This document shows, piece after piece, positions 37,452 to 47,070 of a stretch of 64,000 bases of DNA. Below the pieces are notes generated by a model, which saw only the letters and a list, made by a program, of their open reading frames with translations, was not told the DNA's origin and did no database searches. The first letter of the stretch is position 1; each line of letters opens with the position of its first letter. Origin of the DNA: a virus (lineage: Duplodnaviria > Caudoviricetes). The translations under genes were made by a program, and so were the position numbers. The DNA is taken from positions 10,177 to 74,176 of IMG/VR virus record IMGVR_UViG_2841255697_000002; one strand, 5' to 3'.

Positions 37452-38243
37452 TTGGCAAAGAAAAATGAAAACAGTAAAGTGATGATTTGTGGTGAAGTAA
37501 CAAATTTATCGGTGGTGGAATTTGAGAATGGTGGATGTGCATTAGATTTTGCAATTATGGATACCCAGAGAGGCAATTTGTGTAATTGTAAAATGTTTTT
37601 TCAGAAAGGGTGGAAAGCCTATTATGGAAAGAACACCTATGAGCCTAAGAAACTCAAACAGATTTTTATGAATCAGAATGGGGAAAGTCGAGGGGTTAAG
37701 GTGCTCGGAAGAGGTACTGTATATGAGGATAAATATACCGATAAACAAACCGGCGATATTAAAAAAGTTAATAGAATTTTGCTCACATATATTCGCCCAC
37801 TTCCAAACAATCTTGAAGAACGCATTATATTCGACTTAAAAGGCATTATCGAAAAAGTTAACTATAATGATGATGACACACGAATCGACTTGCGTGTTGG
37901 CTTTATTGATAAACAGTGGGATAAAGATCTTCAGGCAGAAAAGAATATTATTCGTCATTTGAATATTTTTGCGACGGATAGCGTTTTAAATGAACTAAAT
38001 GAATTGGAAGTTGACGATGACCAGTATATTGAAGTAAAAGGATTTATTCTAAATATGCGCCCAAAAGAGGTTGATATTTTTGACGATCCATTTGATTCAA
38101 TCGGACAGCGTGGATTAAAAATTGAGAAGCTCGTAAAATTAGAAGAAGATAATGAATACCTAGAAAAGTATGAAGATGTTAAGTCAGGAAAGTCATTAAA
38201 AACTCACGAAGATGATGATAATTTAGATGATATTGGTTTTTAA
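37452..38243 (+). CDS. Putative single-stranded DNA-binding protein (tandem OB folds)
   Basis: NSKVMICGEV, beta-rich, acidic tail ending DDIGF. Confidence 0.6.
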   Translation: MAKKNENSKVMICGEVTNLSVVEFENGGCALDFAIMDTQRGNLCNCKMFFQKGWKAYYGKNTYEPKKLKQIFMNQNGESRGVKVLGRGTVYEDKYTDKQTGDIKKVNRILLTYIRPLPNNLEERIIFDLKGIIEKVNYNDDDTRIDLRVGFIDKQWDKDLQAEKNIIRHLNIFATDSVLNELNELEVDDDQYIEVKGFILNMRPKEVDIFDDPFDSIGQRGLKIEKLVKLEEDNEYLEKYEDVKSGKSLKTHEDDDNLDDIGF

Positions 38244-38345
38244 TTTTTTTTACATTGTTTAAAGATAACGTGTTGAATATTATGTTTTAAGGAGGAATGT
38301 CAAAACCAATGCAATATTTTAACACTATACAAAAAGGAAGGGAAA

Positions 38346-38636
38346 ATGGAAGAAAACAACGTACTTGAAGAAATCGAAATAACAGAAGATAACGAATTAG
38401 AAAAACTTGAAGAATTAGCAATGCCTTTATTTAAATATGTGTACGAGCATTATTATCCATACGGAGGCATTGTTGTTGACTGTGAAGGAATTCATGGATT
38501 TAACACACGTCTTTGTATTCCACGAAATAAAATAGCAAAAGAGCAGCCAGATTTAGCTGCTCAGATTGAGGATGAATTTTTCGATCCATTTGAAATGGCA
38601 AGAAATTATGGATTTAAGCAATGCGAGTCTCATTAA
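38346..38636 (+). CDS. Hypothetical protein
   Basis: RBS and intact ORF. Confidence 0.55.
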   Translation: MEENNVLEEIEITEDNELEKLEELAMPLFKYVYEHYYPYGGIVVDCEGIHGFNTRLCIPRNKIAKEQPDLAAQIEDEFFDPFEMARNYGFKQCESH

Positions 38637-38820
38637 AACGTCCTGCAAACACTTGGTGGAAATATTCACCTTGTGAAGGTGCGAGCATAAACGCATCATA
38701 TAAAGATTGCGGAACTTCAGAGTATTGATATTCATAATGGTTATGAAAGCGAACAACCATCACTCCGTTTTCATAACCGACAGCAGAAACATTAGATGAA
38801 AATACCGATTGCATAAACAT
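38614..38820 (-). CDS. KTSC domain protein
   Basis: VFSSNVSAVGY...VRF...YQYSEVP..LYDAFMLAPSQGEYFH; own TGATATAAT promoter. Confidence 0.88.
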   Translation of the reverse strand: MFMQSVFSSNVSAVGYENGVMVVRFHNHYEYQYSEVPQSLYDAFMLAPSQGEYFHQVFAGRFNETRIA

Positions 38821-38903
38821 GATATTAAACCCCCACTATAATAAAGTTATAAGGGGATTATATCATGTTTGGGATTTTAAAGATACTATAAGGAGGAATA
38901 TAT

Positions 38904-39125
38904 TTGAAAATAACACTAGAAGGTTCACAAGAAGAAATTGCGGCCATCATCCAGAAAGTACAATGGCCGTTTGGAATAGAAGAAGGCAATGACGACGAAA
39001 ATGAATTGCCTAATGTTCGCATTAACCTGAAAGGGCTAAATATTGAACGATTCACAGATGAGTATGACAGTGTTTACCTGGCAAAAGAAAAAAGACCAGA
39101 AGAGTACTGTGGAAGCACCTTTTAG
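38904..39125 (+). CDS. Small hypothetical protein
   Basis: AAGGAGG RBS; MKITLEGSQEEIA. Confidence 0.6.
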   Translation: MKITLEGSQEEIAAIIQKVQWPFGIEEGNDDENELPNVRINLKGLNIERFTDEYDSVYLAKEKRPEEYCGSTF

Positions 39126-39310
39126 TTATCATGTTTTGTGATAATGATATTTCCACATTTTTCACACTCATAAAGTTCAACAACAAAACCATTTTGTGTG
39201 TAAGCATTATCATTTGCTGGGTCATAAGCTGGGATTTTGAACAGATCCGTGCCACGTGTATTAGTCAGTCGTTTCAGGTCTTTTGATCCACAAGATGTAC
39301 ATTTAAGCAT
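39122..39310 (-). CDS. Counter-oriented zinc-ribbon protein
   Basis: CTSC...CEKC; GAGGTGA RBS; TGGTATACT -10. Confidence 0.65.
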   Translation of the reverse strand: MLKCTSCGSKDLKRLTNTRGTDLFKIPAYDPANDNAYTQNGFVVELYECEKCGNIIITKHDN

Positions 39311-39389
39311 CTTATTCACCTCTTTATAGTATTTTATATAAAGAGTATACCACAATAACTATTAAAAGTAAAAACAAGGAGGAATACAT

Positions 39390-40475
39390 TTGGCAAAGAA
39401 AAAAGAATTAGTTGATTTATTTAATTTAGCAAAACAAACGGTGGATGGTGACATTTCGCATTATCTATTCACAATCACAGGTAATTATGGTGCAGGAAAA
39501 AGCAGTTTTGCAAATGAACTGTTCAACCGAGTAGGAAATGCTGTGATCTTTGGGTTTGAAGATCGTTTTAAAGGGATTAACGGTGCAAGACCCATCCTTA
39601 TCCGATCATGGAAAGAACTCTTGGATTATAAAAAAATGCTGCGTAAAGGTATTAGAGAAAATAATGGTGAGAATCCATTCCCATTTAACACAATCATTAT
39701 TGATCCAATGGGCAAAGCAGCTGAGATGTGTGAAAAGTATGTTTGTGAAGAGAACGAATGGGATTCACTCGGAGATGCTGGATTTGGGAAGGGATATAAT
39801 GAGTTTTTCAAGGAATTCAATACGATGCTTGATGATCTGACTACAATGGGATTTACGATTCAAAAAGTTGCCCATAATCGACTGGATACCATCACACCAC
39901 AAGGTGCAGCAGAAGGGTATCAGGTTTATGTACCAGATGTTCCTAAAAAACTGAAGTATATTGCGCAGGGAGAACCGGATTTCGTGTTTTATTTGGATGT
40001 TGTCAGAAATGTCGATGAAGAAACCAGAACAAATAAACCCGTTCGTCGATTGTATCTTCAAAACTATGCAGATTTTGAGCTGAAATCTACACTTAAAGGC
40101 CTTCCAGATTACATTGAATTTGAAACAGTCGAAGAAGGTGTGGATAAGTTTATTGAAGCTTTTGATAAGGCGGTAGCGGTGACTCGTGGTGAAGATTGGA
40201 GGGAAGAAGAGCAGGAAAAGCGAACTGAACCAGCAGAATCGGCTAAACCAGATCCCGTAGAAGAAACAGAAAAGTTTGAAGACGATACTTCAGTTGATGT
40301 TGATATGGACGCACTCAGAGAACAGGCTGTTGATGTTCGCACAAACCTTTTGGAAGAACTTGAGAGGGAAGAAGTTATTGAGATCCTGAAACAGTATTTA
40401 GGAACGCCTAAAATTAATGAAGTGCAAGAACCTGATAAGTTGACTGCTTTTATTAAAGACTATGAGGCGGCATAA
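39390..40475 (+). CDS. AAA-family ATPase (Sak4/AAA_24-like recombination protein)
   Basis: Walker A GNYGAGKS, TIIID, GFGKGY, AH motifs. Confidence 0.78.
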   Translation: MAKKKELVDLFNLAKQTVDGDISHYLFTITGNYGAGKSSFANELFNRVGNAVIFGFEDRFKGINGARPILIRSWKELLDYKKMLRKGIRENNGENPFPFNTIIIDPMGKAAEMCEKYVCEENEWDSLGDAGFGKGYNEFFKEFNTMLDDLTTMGFTIQKVAHNRLDTITPQGAAEGYQVYVPDVPKKLKYIAQGEPDFVFYLDVVRNVDEETRTNKPVRRLYLQNYADFELKSTLKGLPDYIEFETVEEGVDKFIEAFDKAVAVTRGEDWREEEQEKRTEPAESAKPDPVEETEKFEDDTSVDVDMDALREQAVDVRTNLLEELEREEVIEILKQYLGTPKINEVQEPDKLTAFIKDYEAA

Positions 40476-40486
40476 AGGAGGAAAGG

Positions 40487-40948
40487 ATGGAATACTGTAG
40501 TGTATGCGGCAAAAGAGTATCAGTAGGTAAAAATAACTGCATCCAAAACGACAATGGGAGTTATCGACATAAAAAATGTCCAAAAACAAAAGAACCTACA
40601 GGCGATCAGTCAGCTTATAAAGCATTAAAGGAACGCATTCAATATCATTTCAATGAGAATGCGAAAGGTGCATTACTTCAGTATGGTTTAAACTGGTATG
40701 GCATTACGCCAAAGATAAAAAAGCTAAAAGAAGATGGGTATTCATATGAAGACCAGATATACGCTTTAGATGAAGTGGTAAAAGCCAATGATGGTTTCTG
40801 GGGGTATGGTTCTGTAGAGAAACATATCTCCCGGATTGTTTATCAGCGTGACAAACATGAAAAGATAAAGGAAGCAATTGATCGCCTACCAGAAGAAGTG
40901 AAATTTACACCCAAATTTGATTTGCAGGAAGCAACATTAGATTTTTAA
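40487..40948 (+). CDS. Zinc-finger replication-module protein
   Basis: CSVC...HKKC; position before helicase. Confidence 0.55.
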   Translation: MEYCSVCGKRVSVGKNNCIQNDNGSYRHKKCPKTKEPTGDQSAYKALKERIQYHFNENAKGALLQYGLNWYGITPKIKKLKEDGYSYEDQIYALDEVVKANDGFWGYGSVEKHISRIVYQRDKHEKIKEAIDRLPEEVKFTPKFDLQEATLDF

Positions 40949-40960
40949 GGAGGGATAAAC

Positions 40961-41140
40961 ATAGGAAAGATAGTCAGTAAAAAATTTCTTTGGTTTCCTA
41001 AAAAGATTTTGAGTAATTGGTATTGGTTTAGAAATGTGTATATTGTTAGAAAGTTAACCAGGATGGAAGTAGATGGCAGAGATACATACTATGAAAAAAA
41101 GAGATATTTTCTCTCAAAGGAGGATGCCTATGCGTGGTGA
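40961..41140 (+). CDS. Small protein (59 aa), probable ATA start
   Basis: AAGGAGG-7 nt-ATA; KKFLWFPKKI..WYWF; fills the gap between neighbours. Confidence 0.55.
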   Translation: MGKIVSKKFLWFPKKILSNWYWFRNVYIVRKLTRMEVDGRDTYYEKKRYFLSKEDAYAW

Positions 41141-41870
41141 CATTATGGTTCTTACCTTTACAGGAATCGCCCACAGTGGGAAAGACACAGCCGTAAAAAT
41201 GGTCAAAAAATACTTTGAAGAAAAAGGAAAGAGAGTGCTAAATCTGGCCTATGCAGACCCGCTTAAAGCGCTTTTAAAACGAAATTTCGGATATGACGAG
41301 TCAGATAAAGAAAAATACCGTTCCGTCTTACAGCAGTTTGGAACCAATTTTGTCAGGAGAATTGAACCGGATTTTTGGGTTCATGAAACCTACCATATGA
41401 TTGATCTTCTGTCGAAGAAAAAATCAGAGGAAGAACTGGACGAGCTGAGAAATGAAATGTTGGAACTTGATATTATTGACGATAATGATGCCATCCATTC
41501 GATTAACGAGATAATCCAACTGGAAGAACAAAAATATGACGTGTTTCTTATCAGCGATGCCCGATTTTTGAATGAACTCCGGCCATATCCTTACAATCTT
41601 TGCTATAACATTTTTAATGTAAAGATTGACCGAGATATCGAAGGTGGTCTGGAAGGAGAAGAAGCATCGCATGAAAGTGAACAGCTGGCAAAAACCGCAC
41701 CGGATGACCTTTTCCATATGGTTATAAATAATAATGGTACGCTTGAAGATTTGGATCGGCAGTGCCTGGAAGTTGTAGAGTATACACTTAAATATAATGC
41801 ATCACTTCATGAGGTCAGAATGGAGTCCCTAAAAGGTCTGTTGGAAATGGAGGATAAAAATGAAGAATAA
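41130..41870 (+). CDS. Deoxynucleoside monophosphate kinase
   Basis: GIAHSGKDT, YADPLK, R..LQQFGT..R....DFWV, ISDARFLNE, HESE, INNNGTLEDL. Confidence 0.85.
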   Translation: MRGDIMVLTFTGIAHSGKDTAVKMVKKYFEEKGKRVLNLAYADPLKALLKRNFGYDESDKEKYRSVLQQFGTNFVRRIEPDFWVHETYHMIDLLSKKKSEEELDELRNEMLELDIIDDNDAIHSINEIIQLEEQKYDVFLISDARFLNELRPYPYNLCYNIFNVKIDRDIEGGLEGEEASHESEQLAKTAPDDLFHMVINNNGTLEDLDRQCLEVVEYTLKYNASLHEVRMESLKGLLEMEDKNEE

Positions 41871-42393
41871 TAAGGGTGTTGGCGTTGGAGATTATGTGAA
41901 AATCGTTGATGCAGAATGTAACGAACCTTACAGTAATGGTGATATTTTAAAAGTCATCGATCTGGATGGAAAGAGCGGTAATATTTGGTGCGAAAATGAG
42001 AATAACCAATATTACATTTATTATGATGAGTACGAATTCTTCAGTACCGATAATTTTACCAAAGGAAACTTACAAACAGGAGATTTTGTAGAATACCGAA
42101 ATAGATGTGCCGGAATCGTAAATATTGAAGCTGGTGGCATTGCGAGGAATGATGGAGACTATAATGGATTAAACGCATTAACCGACCATCTGGAACATAC
42201 CGGTGAGAATGATGAATGGATTATTGATAAAGTGTATCGACCAACAGAGCCGATTGCTGTGAGTTTTATTAACTATCATAAGGGACGTTTGATTTTCGAT
42301 AGAAGCGCCATACAAGCGCCAAAAGAATACACCATCGAAGAATTGGAATCAAAACTTGGAGAAAAAATTAAAATTATTGGAAATGCAGCATAA
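41860..42393 (+). CDS. Hypothetical protein
   Basis: C-terminal KEYTIEELESKLGEKIKII motif common in phage proteins. Confidence 0.6.
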   Translation: MKNNKGVGVGDYVKIVDAECNEPYSNGDILKVIDLDGKSGNIWCENENNQYYIYYDEYEFFSTDNFTKGNLQTGDFVEYRNRCAGIVNIEAGGIARNDGDYNGLNALTDHLEHTGENDEWIIDKVYRPTEPIAVSFINYHKGRLIFDRSAIQAPKEYTIEELESKLGEKIKIIGNAA

Positions 42394-42428
42394 ACACAGT
42401 CCTGCATAATCCATAGCAGGAGGTGAAT

Positions 42429-43850
42429 ATGAGTAAAACAACAGCGCTTACAAGCGAATCGCTTGTCATAGGAGCTTTATTAAACCAGGGTGACCTGTTG
42501 CTTGAAATGTCTGATTTAAGGCTGGAGTATCTAAGTTCTGAGATTAACCGCGTGTTACTCACCTGTATTAAGCGCATCTACCGACAGGGAAGTCGAAATA
42601 TCGATATTGCGGATGTCTATGCCATGCTTGAAACCAATGAATCCGATAAAAAACTAATTGATCGAAATGGAGGTGTTGAATATCTTGAACAACTTCAGGT
42701 GATTGGAAGTGGAAAAACCTCAGAAGATGTGCGTGTACATGTGAAAAATATTATCGACACAGCCTATCGAAACGAGGCTGTAGCAGTTCTGGAAGGAGTA
42801 AAGTTGGAAATTAGCGCACATAAAGATATGACTCTGGAGCGAATTAATGACCTTCTGGACAAGGAGTTGCTTGGCATCAGAGCGAAATACGCAGCCAGGC
42901 ATAAGGTTGAACTCCTTAAGGATCAAACCGATAAGATCATGGAGACATTGGATATTGAAAGCCAGCAGGATTACATTGGTTTTCCAACGGCGTTACCTCT
43001 TTTAAATAAGTTCATAACCTATCGGAAGGGTGAACTGGTCGTCTATAGCGCAAAAGCCAAAGTAGGTAAATCTCAAACTGTTGTCAATGAGGTCTATAAT
43101 CTGGCAATTAAAAACAAAATTCCAACGATGGTATTGGACACAGAGCTACAGACTAAAACATTCTTTGTTCGTCTGATGGCCCGTATTACAGGATATAGTT
43201 TTAAATTTGTGGAAACTGGAAAATGGAAACAATACCCCAAATGCAGGGAAAAAGTAATGGCCGCCAAAACCCTCATTGACGATTCACCCATTGCACACAC
43301 TTATATTGTGGGGTGGACACAGGACGAAATCTTTAACGAGGTCAAGAGAATGCAGATACAGAGCAATGTTCAAATTGTTTTCTATGATTATATCAAGGTC
43401 GAGGAAGTTTCAGAGGGTTTAGCAGAGCACCAGCAGCTGGGTAACCTGACGAACTGGTTGAAAAATGGGATTGCCGGGGAACTGAATATCGCTGTTGTAG
43501 CATTGGCACAGCTTTCAGATTATGTGACACAGGAACGCGGCTTTAAAATTGCCAATTCCGAGAAAATTAAAAATTATTGTTCCTCAACAGTGTTTCTTGT
43601 CGAAAAGACCAGTGAACAATATGCCGATGACAATTGTGAACTCGGTGGAAATGCCTATTTATATATTCAATATAACCGTAATGGGCCGCAGATGCCAAGT
43701 GATCAACAGAATAAAGGGATCAACATTGTCTTCGAGAAGAATAAGGCTTTGATTACCGAAGCACCGTGGCAGCATCCAAGCATTAAAAGCTTAGCCGAAC
43801 AAGACGAAGAGGAATACATCGTCGATGAAGATGGTGATGTTGCTTGTTAG
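42429..43850 (+). CDS. dnaB: Replicative DNA helicase (DnaB-like)
   Basis: AKAKVGKS, LDTEL, VFYDYIK, ALAQL, YNRNG. Confidence 0.88.
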   Translation: MSKTTALTSESLVIGALLNQGDLLLEMSDLRLEYLSSEINRVLLTCIKRIYRQGSRNIDIADVYAMLETNESDKKLIDRNGGVEYLEQLQVIGSGKTSEDVRVHVKNIIDTAYRNEAVAVLEGVKLEISAHKDMTLERINDLLDKELLGIRAKYAARHKVELLKDQTDKIMETLDIESQQDYIGFPTALPLLNKFITYRKGELVVYSAKAKVGKSQTVVNEVYNLAIKNKIPTMVLDTELQTKTFFVRLMARITGYSFKFVETGKWKQYPKCREKVMAAKTLIDDSPIAHTYIVGWTQDEIFNEVKRMQIQSNVQIVFYDYIKVEEVSEGLAEHQQLGNLTNWLKNGIAGELNIAVVALAQLSDYVTQERGFKIANSEKIKNYCSSTVFLVEKTSEQYADDNCELGGNAYLYIQYNRNGPQMPSDQQNKGINIVFEKNKALITEAPWQHPSIKSLAEQDEEEYIVDEDGDVAC

Positions 43851-44839
43851 ACATTGAATATGTCAAAAATGCAGCGAACCAAAATATTGAGCGGGTGCTG
43901 GATGAGCTAGGGTTAGAATACCGTTGGGAAAATGGTTGGGTTGTTTTACCATGCCCGTTCCATAACGGTGAGGATGATAATTTTAAGTTTCGAGGAAGCG
44001 GCTTTTATTGTTTTAGCCAGTGTCAGGAGCATTACGATGTGATTGATCTTGTTATGAAAGTTAATCATATGTATTTTGGTGAGGCACTACAGTGGATAGG
44101 CAATCTATTCGGCATTGAAGACGATGGGAATCCTCACCGGATTGAAAAGCCAGCAGATAACCGCGCTGTAATTAATTCCTTATTCAAGGCTAAAAAGCGG
44201 AATGAAGTCGTTTATATACCAATCGAGCAGCAGATTTTAAATACAGTGGAGCCTTTTTATCATCCCTGGATGGCCGAAGCTGGGTTCACAGAACAGACAT
44301 GTCAGCATTTTGAGGTTGGCTATGCAAGGTATGGAACACTTGATGGAAGAGTATGTTTTCCAATTCGATCACCCGATGGAAGAATTATTTCCATAAGTGG
44401 CCGAATGCCGAATTATGAGCGCTACGGCTGTTCAAAATACTATATTGTAGGACATACACAAGTCAAAAACACGTTGTTCAATTTGAGCAGTCTTCTTGAT
44501 GACCTATGGCTTTACAAATATATTATCGTCGTTGAAGGCTTTAAGTCCGTTCTGTGGCTTTATCAAAATGGTTATGAAAATGCAGTAGCCGCCATTGGAG
44601 CATCACTCTCGGATGAACAAAGAAATCTGCTGTTGAAAACCGGGCTGCCCATAGTCGCTATTTGCGATAATGACCGGGTTGGTGAGTGCTTCGGACAGGC
44701 AGTTTACAACAAATGTTACCAATTCACTGAGGTAACACAAATAAAACTAAGTGAAATTACAAAAATAGAAAAGGCATCTGTAGATGACCTTACAGATAAA
44801 GAATTCAATATACTAAGGAGGAAGTTAGATGAGATTTAA
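43844..44839 (+). CDS. DNA primase (CHC2 zinc finger + Toprim)
   Basis: CPFH...YCFSQC, RVCFPI...ISGR, VVEG, DND. Confidence 0.88.
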   Translation: MLDIEYVKNAANQNIERVLDELGLEYRWENGWVVLPCPFHNGEDDNFKFRGSGFYCFSQCQEHYDVIDLVMKVNHMYFGEALQWIGNLFGIEDDGNPHRIEKPADNRAVINSLFKAKKRNEVVYIPIEQQILNTVEPFYHPWMAEAGFTEQTCQHFEVGYARYGTLDGRVCFPIRSPDGRIISISGRMPNYERYGCSKYYIVGHTQVKNTLFNLSSLLDDLWLYKYIIVVEGFKSVLWLYQNGYENAVAAIGASLSDEQRNLLLKTGLPIVAICDNDRVGECFGQAVYNKCYQFTEVTQIKLSEITKIEKASVDDLTDKEFNILRRKLDEI

Positions 44840-45185
44840 AGAAGCATTTGATGTGATGGTATTGGGAGAAAGAAAAATTCGAAGAGAAGGATGGAGAGGG
44901 TATTGGTACTGGAATGCTGGTAACATCCTGATTGTAAATGCAGAAGGTGAGGAGTTTCTGTTCCGTGATACACCCGATTTATCTTATACATTAAGAAATA
45001 CATTCGAAGATGATTGGGAGGTTATTGATGATGAAGCCGTAGAAAAAGAATATGATTTGTTAGAGCAAATTGCACAGGCGATTAAAGAGGAAAGGTCAAA
45101 TTTACTCTTTGGAAATTTTGGCGGGTATAGTGACACGACACGTTTTGAACCTTCTAACGATATTTCAAATGGTCGGTTTGCATAA
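44829..45185 (+). CDS. DUF2829 / Tad2-like protein
   Basis: F.EAF..M..G.KIRREGW.GYW...DDWEV pattern. Confidence 0.6.
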   Translation: MRFKEAFDVMVLGERKIRREGWRGYWYWNAGNILIVNAEGEEFLFRDTPDLSYTLRNTFEDDWEVIDDEAVEKEYDLLEQIAQAIKEERSNLLFGNFGGYSDTTRFEPSNDISNGRFA

Positions 45186-45371
45186 TGGCCATGATCTGTA
45201 TTAGCCACGCAAGAGAATGTGATGGATGTATGGCTTGTTATGAAGATGCAGATTTGATGGTTTACGAGTGCGACTGGTGTGGCAAATCCGTTTACTATTA
45301 TGATGATTATGTTAGTGGTGTTTCTTTGTGAGGAATGTCAAAATATTTATTACGAAAAGGAGGCCTTATGA
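45185..45371 (+). pseudogene. Frameshifted small zinc-finger gene
   Basis: Frame 1 ECDGCMAC...CDWC stops at 45331; +1 frame supplies LCEEC and ends in ATGA overlap with next gene. Confidence 0.5.
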
Positions 45372-46057
45372 AATATAAAACAGGAGATAAGGTGAGAATT
45401 AGGAAAGATTTAAATTGTGGAATCAAGTGTTATTCAAACGTTATAGAAGAAATGCTTCCTTTTGCAGGAAAAGAAGCAATGATAATGAAGGCATCTCCAA
45501 GAGCTTATATGGTCGATGCAGATCGTGGAAAATTTTTCTGGAACGATGAAATGTTTGAATGTGACTTCAAAATTGAAGGCTTCAGAAGTAACAATGCGAC
45601 CGTCTGCTTAATGAAAAAGGACGGAAAAGTTATCGCAAAAGGGATTGCAAAATGCTGTCCAGAGGATGATTACGATTTTGAATTTGGCATTCGATTAGCC
45701 TTTTTCAGAATGATGGGTCTGCCTACAGATGAGATGTTGCATGAAAGTGAGGATAGAGAAAGCACAGGACGCTTTGAGAATAATGAACTCGTCAGAGTTA
45801 CAGACACGGGTTGCCTTTACGACACCTATGGAGACTTTGTATTGGAATTTGCACCAGAAATGATTAAACATTTTACTTATGGAAAGGGTATAAGTGGCTA
45901 TGAACAAAAAAAAGATGTCTTTAAAATTTTAACCCAACATAATCACCTCACCTTTGGTGTCCGTCATCTTTTGATTATTCAGAATGTTCGAACAAATGAT
46001 GTGTATGTGATCGGTGAGGAAAGTGTTGAACGGTTTGATTTGGAGGCGATTGTATAG
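45368..46057 (+). CDS. Hypothetical protein
   Basis: MKYKTGDKVRIRKDL module; AKCCPEDDYDFEFG..LAF.R motif. Confidence 0.65.
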   Translation: MKYKTGDKVRIRKDLNCGIKCYSNVIEEMLPFAGKEAMIMKASPRAYMVDADRGKFFWNDEMFECDFKIEGFRSNNATVCLMKKDGKVIAKGIAKCCPEDDYDFEFGIRLAFFRMMGLPTDEMLHESEDRESTGRFENNELVRVTDTGCLYDTYGDFVLEFAPEMIKHFTYGKGISGYEQKKDVFKILTQHNHLTFGVRHLLIIQNVRTNDVYVIGEESVERFDLEAIV

Positions 46058-47070
46058 AGACAAAAATATTCAAAGAACTCAATATTGATGGTGAAAAGAA
46101 AAAGGTGCTTGCCACAAGCTACTCCCAGATCGACACTTTTCTTCAATGCCCCTATCGCTGGTATAGACTGTACCTTAAAGGGGAACGAAAAGAACATACT
46201 GCTGAGGCATTGGCATTAGGAGGGGCAGTACATAAAACACTGGAAACCTTTTTTACAGCCAGACAAAAAGGTGAGCATATTGAAGTTGCAGAGGCCAAAG
46301 AACTTCTTAAAGAGACAATGGATACCTATGATATCCCGTTTCTATCCGAAGAAAACCAGACATTAGCGACTGAACAGCATATGGAGATGATCACCAATCT
46401 CGCAGAAAATACAGGTCATCTCGCAGAATTTACACTTGACAAAGAAGTCATTGCATGTGAGAAAGACTTCATATACCGAATGCCATTGGATTTTGATGTC
46501 ATATGGGATGGCAAGATCATTTCAGAAATTTACATTATTGGTTCCATAGATCTTATTTTAAGGGATCAAAACGGCAGCCTGATCGCCGTGGATTTCAAAT
46601 CAGGAAAGAAAATTTTCGATGGTTCTAAATTAAAAAACAATCTTCAGTTACCAATTTACTCGTTAGTTATCAACGATCTTTACAAGCGTCTTCCGGCGCA
46701 AACACTTTACTATTTTACAAGGCTTGACACCTTCCAGAACGTTGAGCCACTATCAAAAAACGATCAGGAAAGCGAAATCATCCGGTTTAAAACAGGGAAA
46801 AGAGCAGGAGAAATCAAACATCAGCAAAAGAGCATTGATTCTGTTCATAAAGAGCTTCAAGACATTTTTAGATTACAGTACGCTTCTGGAATCGATGCGT
46901 ATCAATCTAAACCTACGCCGCTATGTTCATGGTGTCCTTTGGGAATGTATGAAGACAGAAGCTGCTCAAATGCGCAACAGTATATTCGAAAAGACTTGCC
47001 ACTCCCAGTCGGAATTAAGAATACACATAAAAGGGGGAATGCGAATGAACATAACCGAATGGGCGTATGA
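46054..47070 (+). CDS. PD-(D/E)XK nuclease (RecB/Cas4-like), probable ATA start
   Basis: SYSQIDTFLQCP, G.AVH..LE, GSIDLI, VDFKSG, QL.IY, CSWC...C. Confidence 0.85.
   Translation: METKIFKELNIDGEKKKVLATSYSQIDTFLQCPYRWYRLYLKGERKEHTAEALALGGAVHKTLETFFTARQKGEHIEVAEAKELLKETMDTYDIPFLSEENQTLATEQHMEMITNLAENTGHLAEFTLDKEVIACEKDFIYRMPLDFDVIWDGKIISEIYIIGSIDLILRDQNGSLIAVDFKSGKKIFDGSKLKNNLQLPIYSLVINDLYKRLPAQTLYYFTRLDTFQNVEPLSKNDQESEIIRFKTGKRAGEIKHQQKSIDSVHKELQDIFRLQYASGIDAYQSKPTPLCSWCPLGMYEDRSCSNAQQYIRKDLPLPVGIKNTHKRGNANEHNRMGV

Noticed and set aside
46724-47044. 107-aa N-terminal extension of the RNR in the ORF track
   Set aside because: Overlaps the nuclease gene in another frame; an SD precedes ATG 47045
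46054-47070. cas4 of a CRISPR-Cas system
   Set aside because: Solo PD-(D/E)XK nuclease in a replication module; no array or other cas genes
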